NCBI GenBank assembly: GCA_000934665.2
Contig: KZ538431.1
Location: 1 to 64,000 of the forward strand
DNA from: Catajapyx aquilonaris
Taxonomy: Eukaryota
Direction: 5' to 3'
Length of the DNA stretch: 64,000 nt
Positions 63,501 to 64,000 of this stretch are shown one piece after another (position 1 is the stretch's first letter; the number at the start of each line of letters is the position of its first letter). Position numbers and translations under genes: made by a program. The notes under the pieces were generated by a model, which saw nothing but the letters and a program-made list of their open reading frames with translations, searched no databases and had not been told where the DNA came from.

Positions 63501-64000
63501 TCCGAATTAAATTAGTCAGTACAGTAAAAACATCATATTGGTATAGTAATATGATAATTTAAATGGCATTATTTTCGATTGCACACATTACACTCTCTTA
63601 TATTGCATTATCTTCAGTGTTAGCATAGTTTTGATATTCATAAAACGATCATTTGACTGTATATGCCAAAGGAAAATAATTACGGTACGTTAGTATAGCA
63701 TGTCTTGTGTATTTTTTTTTTTCCTCAACTCGGCTCCTTATATGTATCAGGTTTACACTGCATGCGGCAGCCTTGAGCTAATCTAATATCTCTTCAAAAT
63801 TCAAGACACGCCATCATAAGTAACTATTACGGAGACGACAGATTATCAAATATTGAATTTTTCCATAGTGCCTTTTATTTCAGTTTCTGTATTGCTATCC
63901 GGGGCCCGCGTGTATACTCACAGTCCAAAGGAAAGTCAATCATTTGCAGGGCATGAATATTAATTTGTGACCCTCCCCCACCACTTTTCCGGTTCGTGTG

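Overview
This 64 kb window reads as non-coding animal (probably invertebrate) genomic DNA from a draft assembly, either a gene desert or a very large intron. It has three N gaps and five single n calls, all next to G/C homopolymers or GA repeats. I recognise no protein-coding gene, RNA gene or CRISPR array. The ORFs are short, mutually overlapping and often translate low-complexity purine/pyrimidine tracts. Two features dominate. (1) GC/CpG-richer islands of about 0.5-3 kb, rich in G/C runs and transcription-factor-like motifs (TAAT/TAATCC, TGACGTCA, CCGGAA), alternate with AT-rich spacers. (2) A diverse set of small non-autonomous DNA elements lies almost entirely in the spacers: TA-flanked CAGGGTG MITEs, a MITE with a 4-bp TSD, a Helitron-like family, and several foldback hairpins, some present twice in the window. 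The most unusual single object is a MITE at 39092-39460 whose left terminal inverted repeat (TIR) has expanded into a 10 x 20-bp array. All alignments were done by eye and family assignments are inference. I found no convincing novel gene system.
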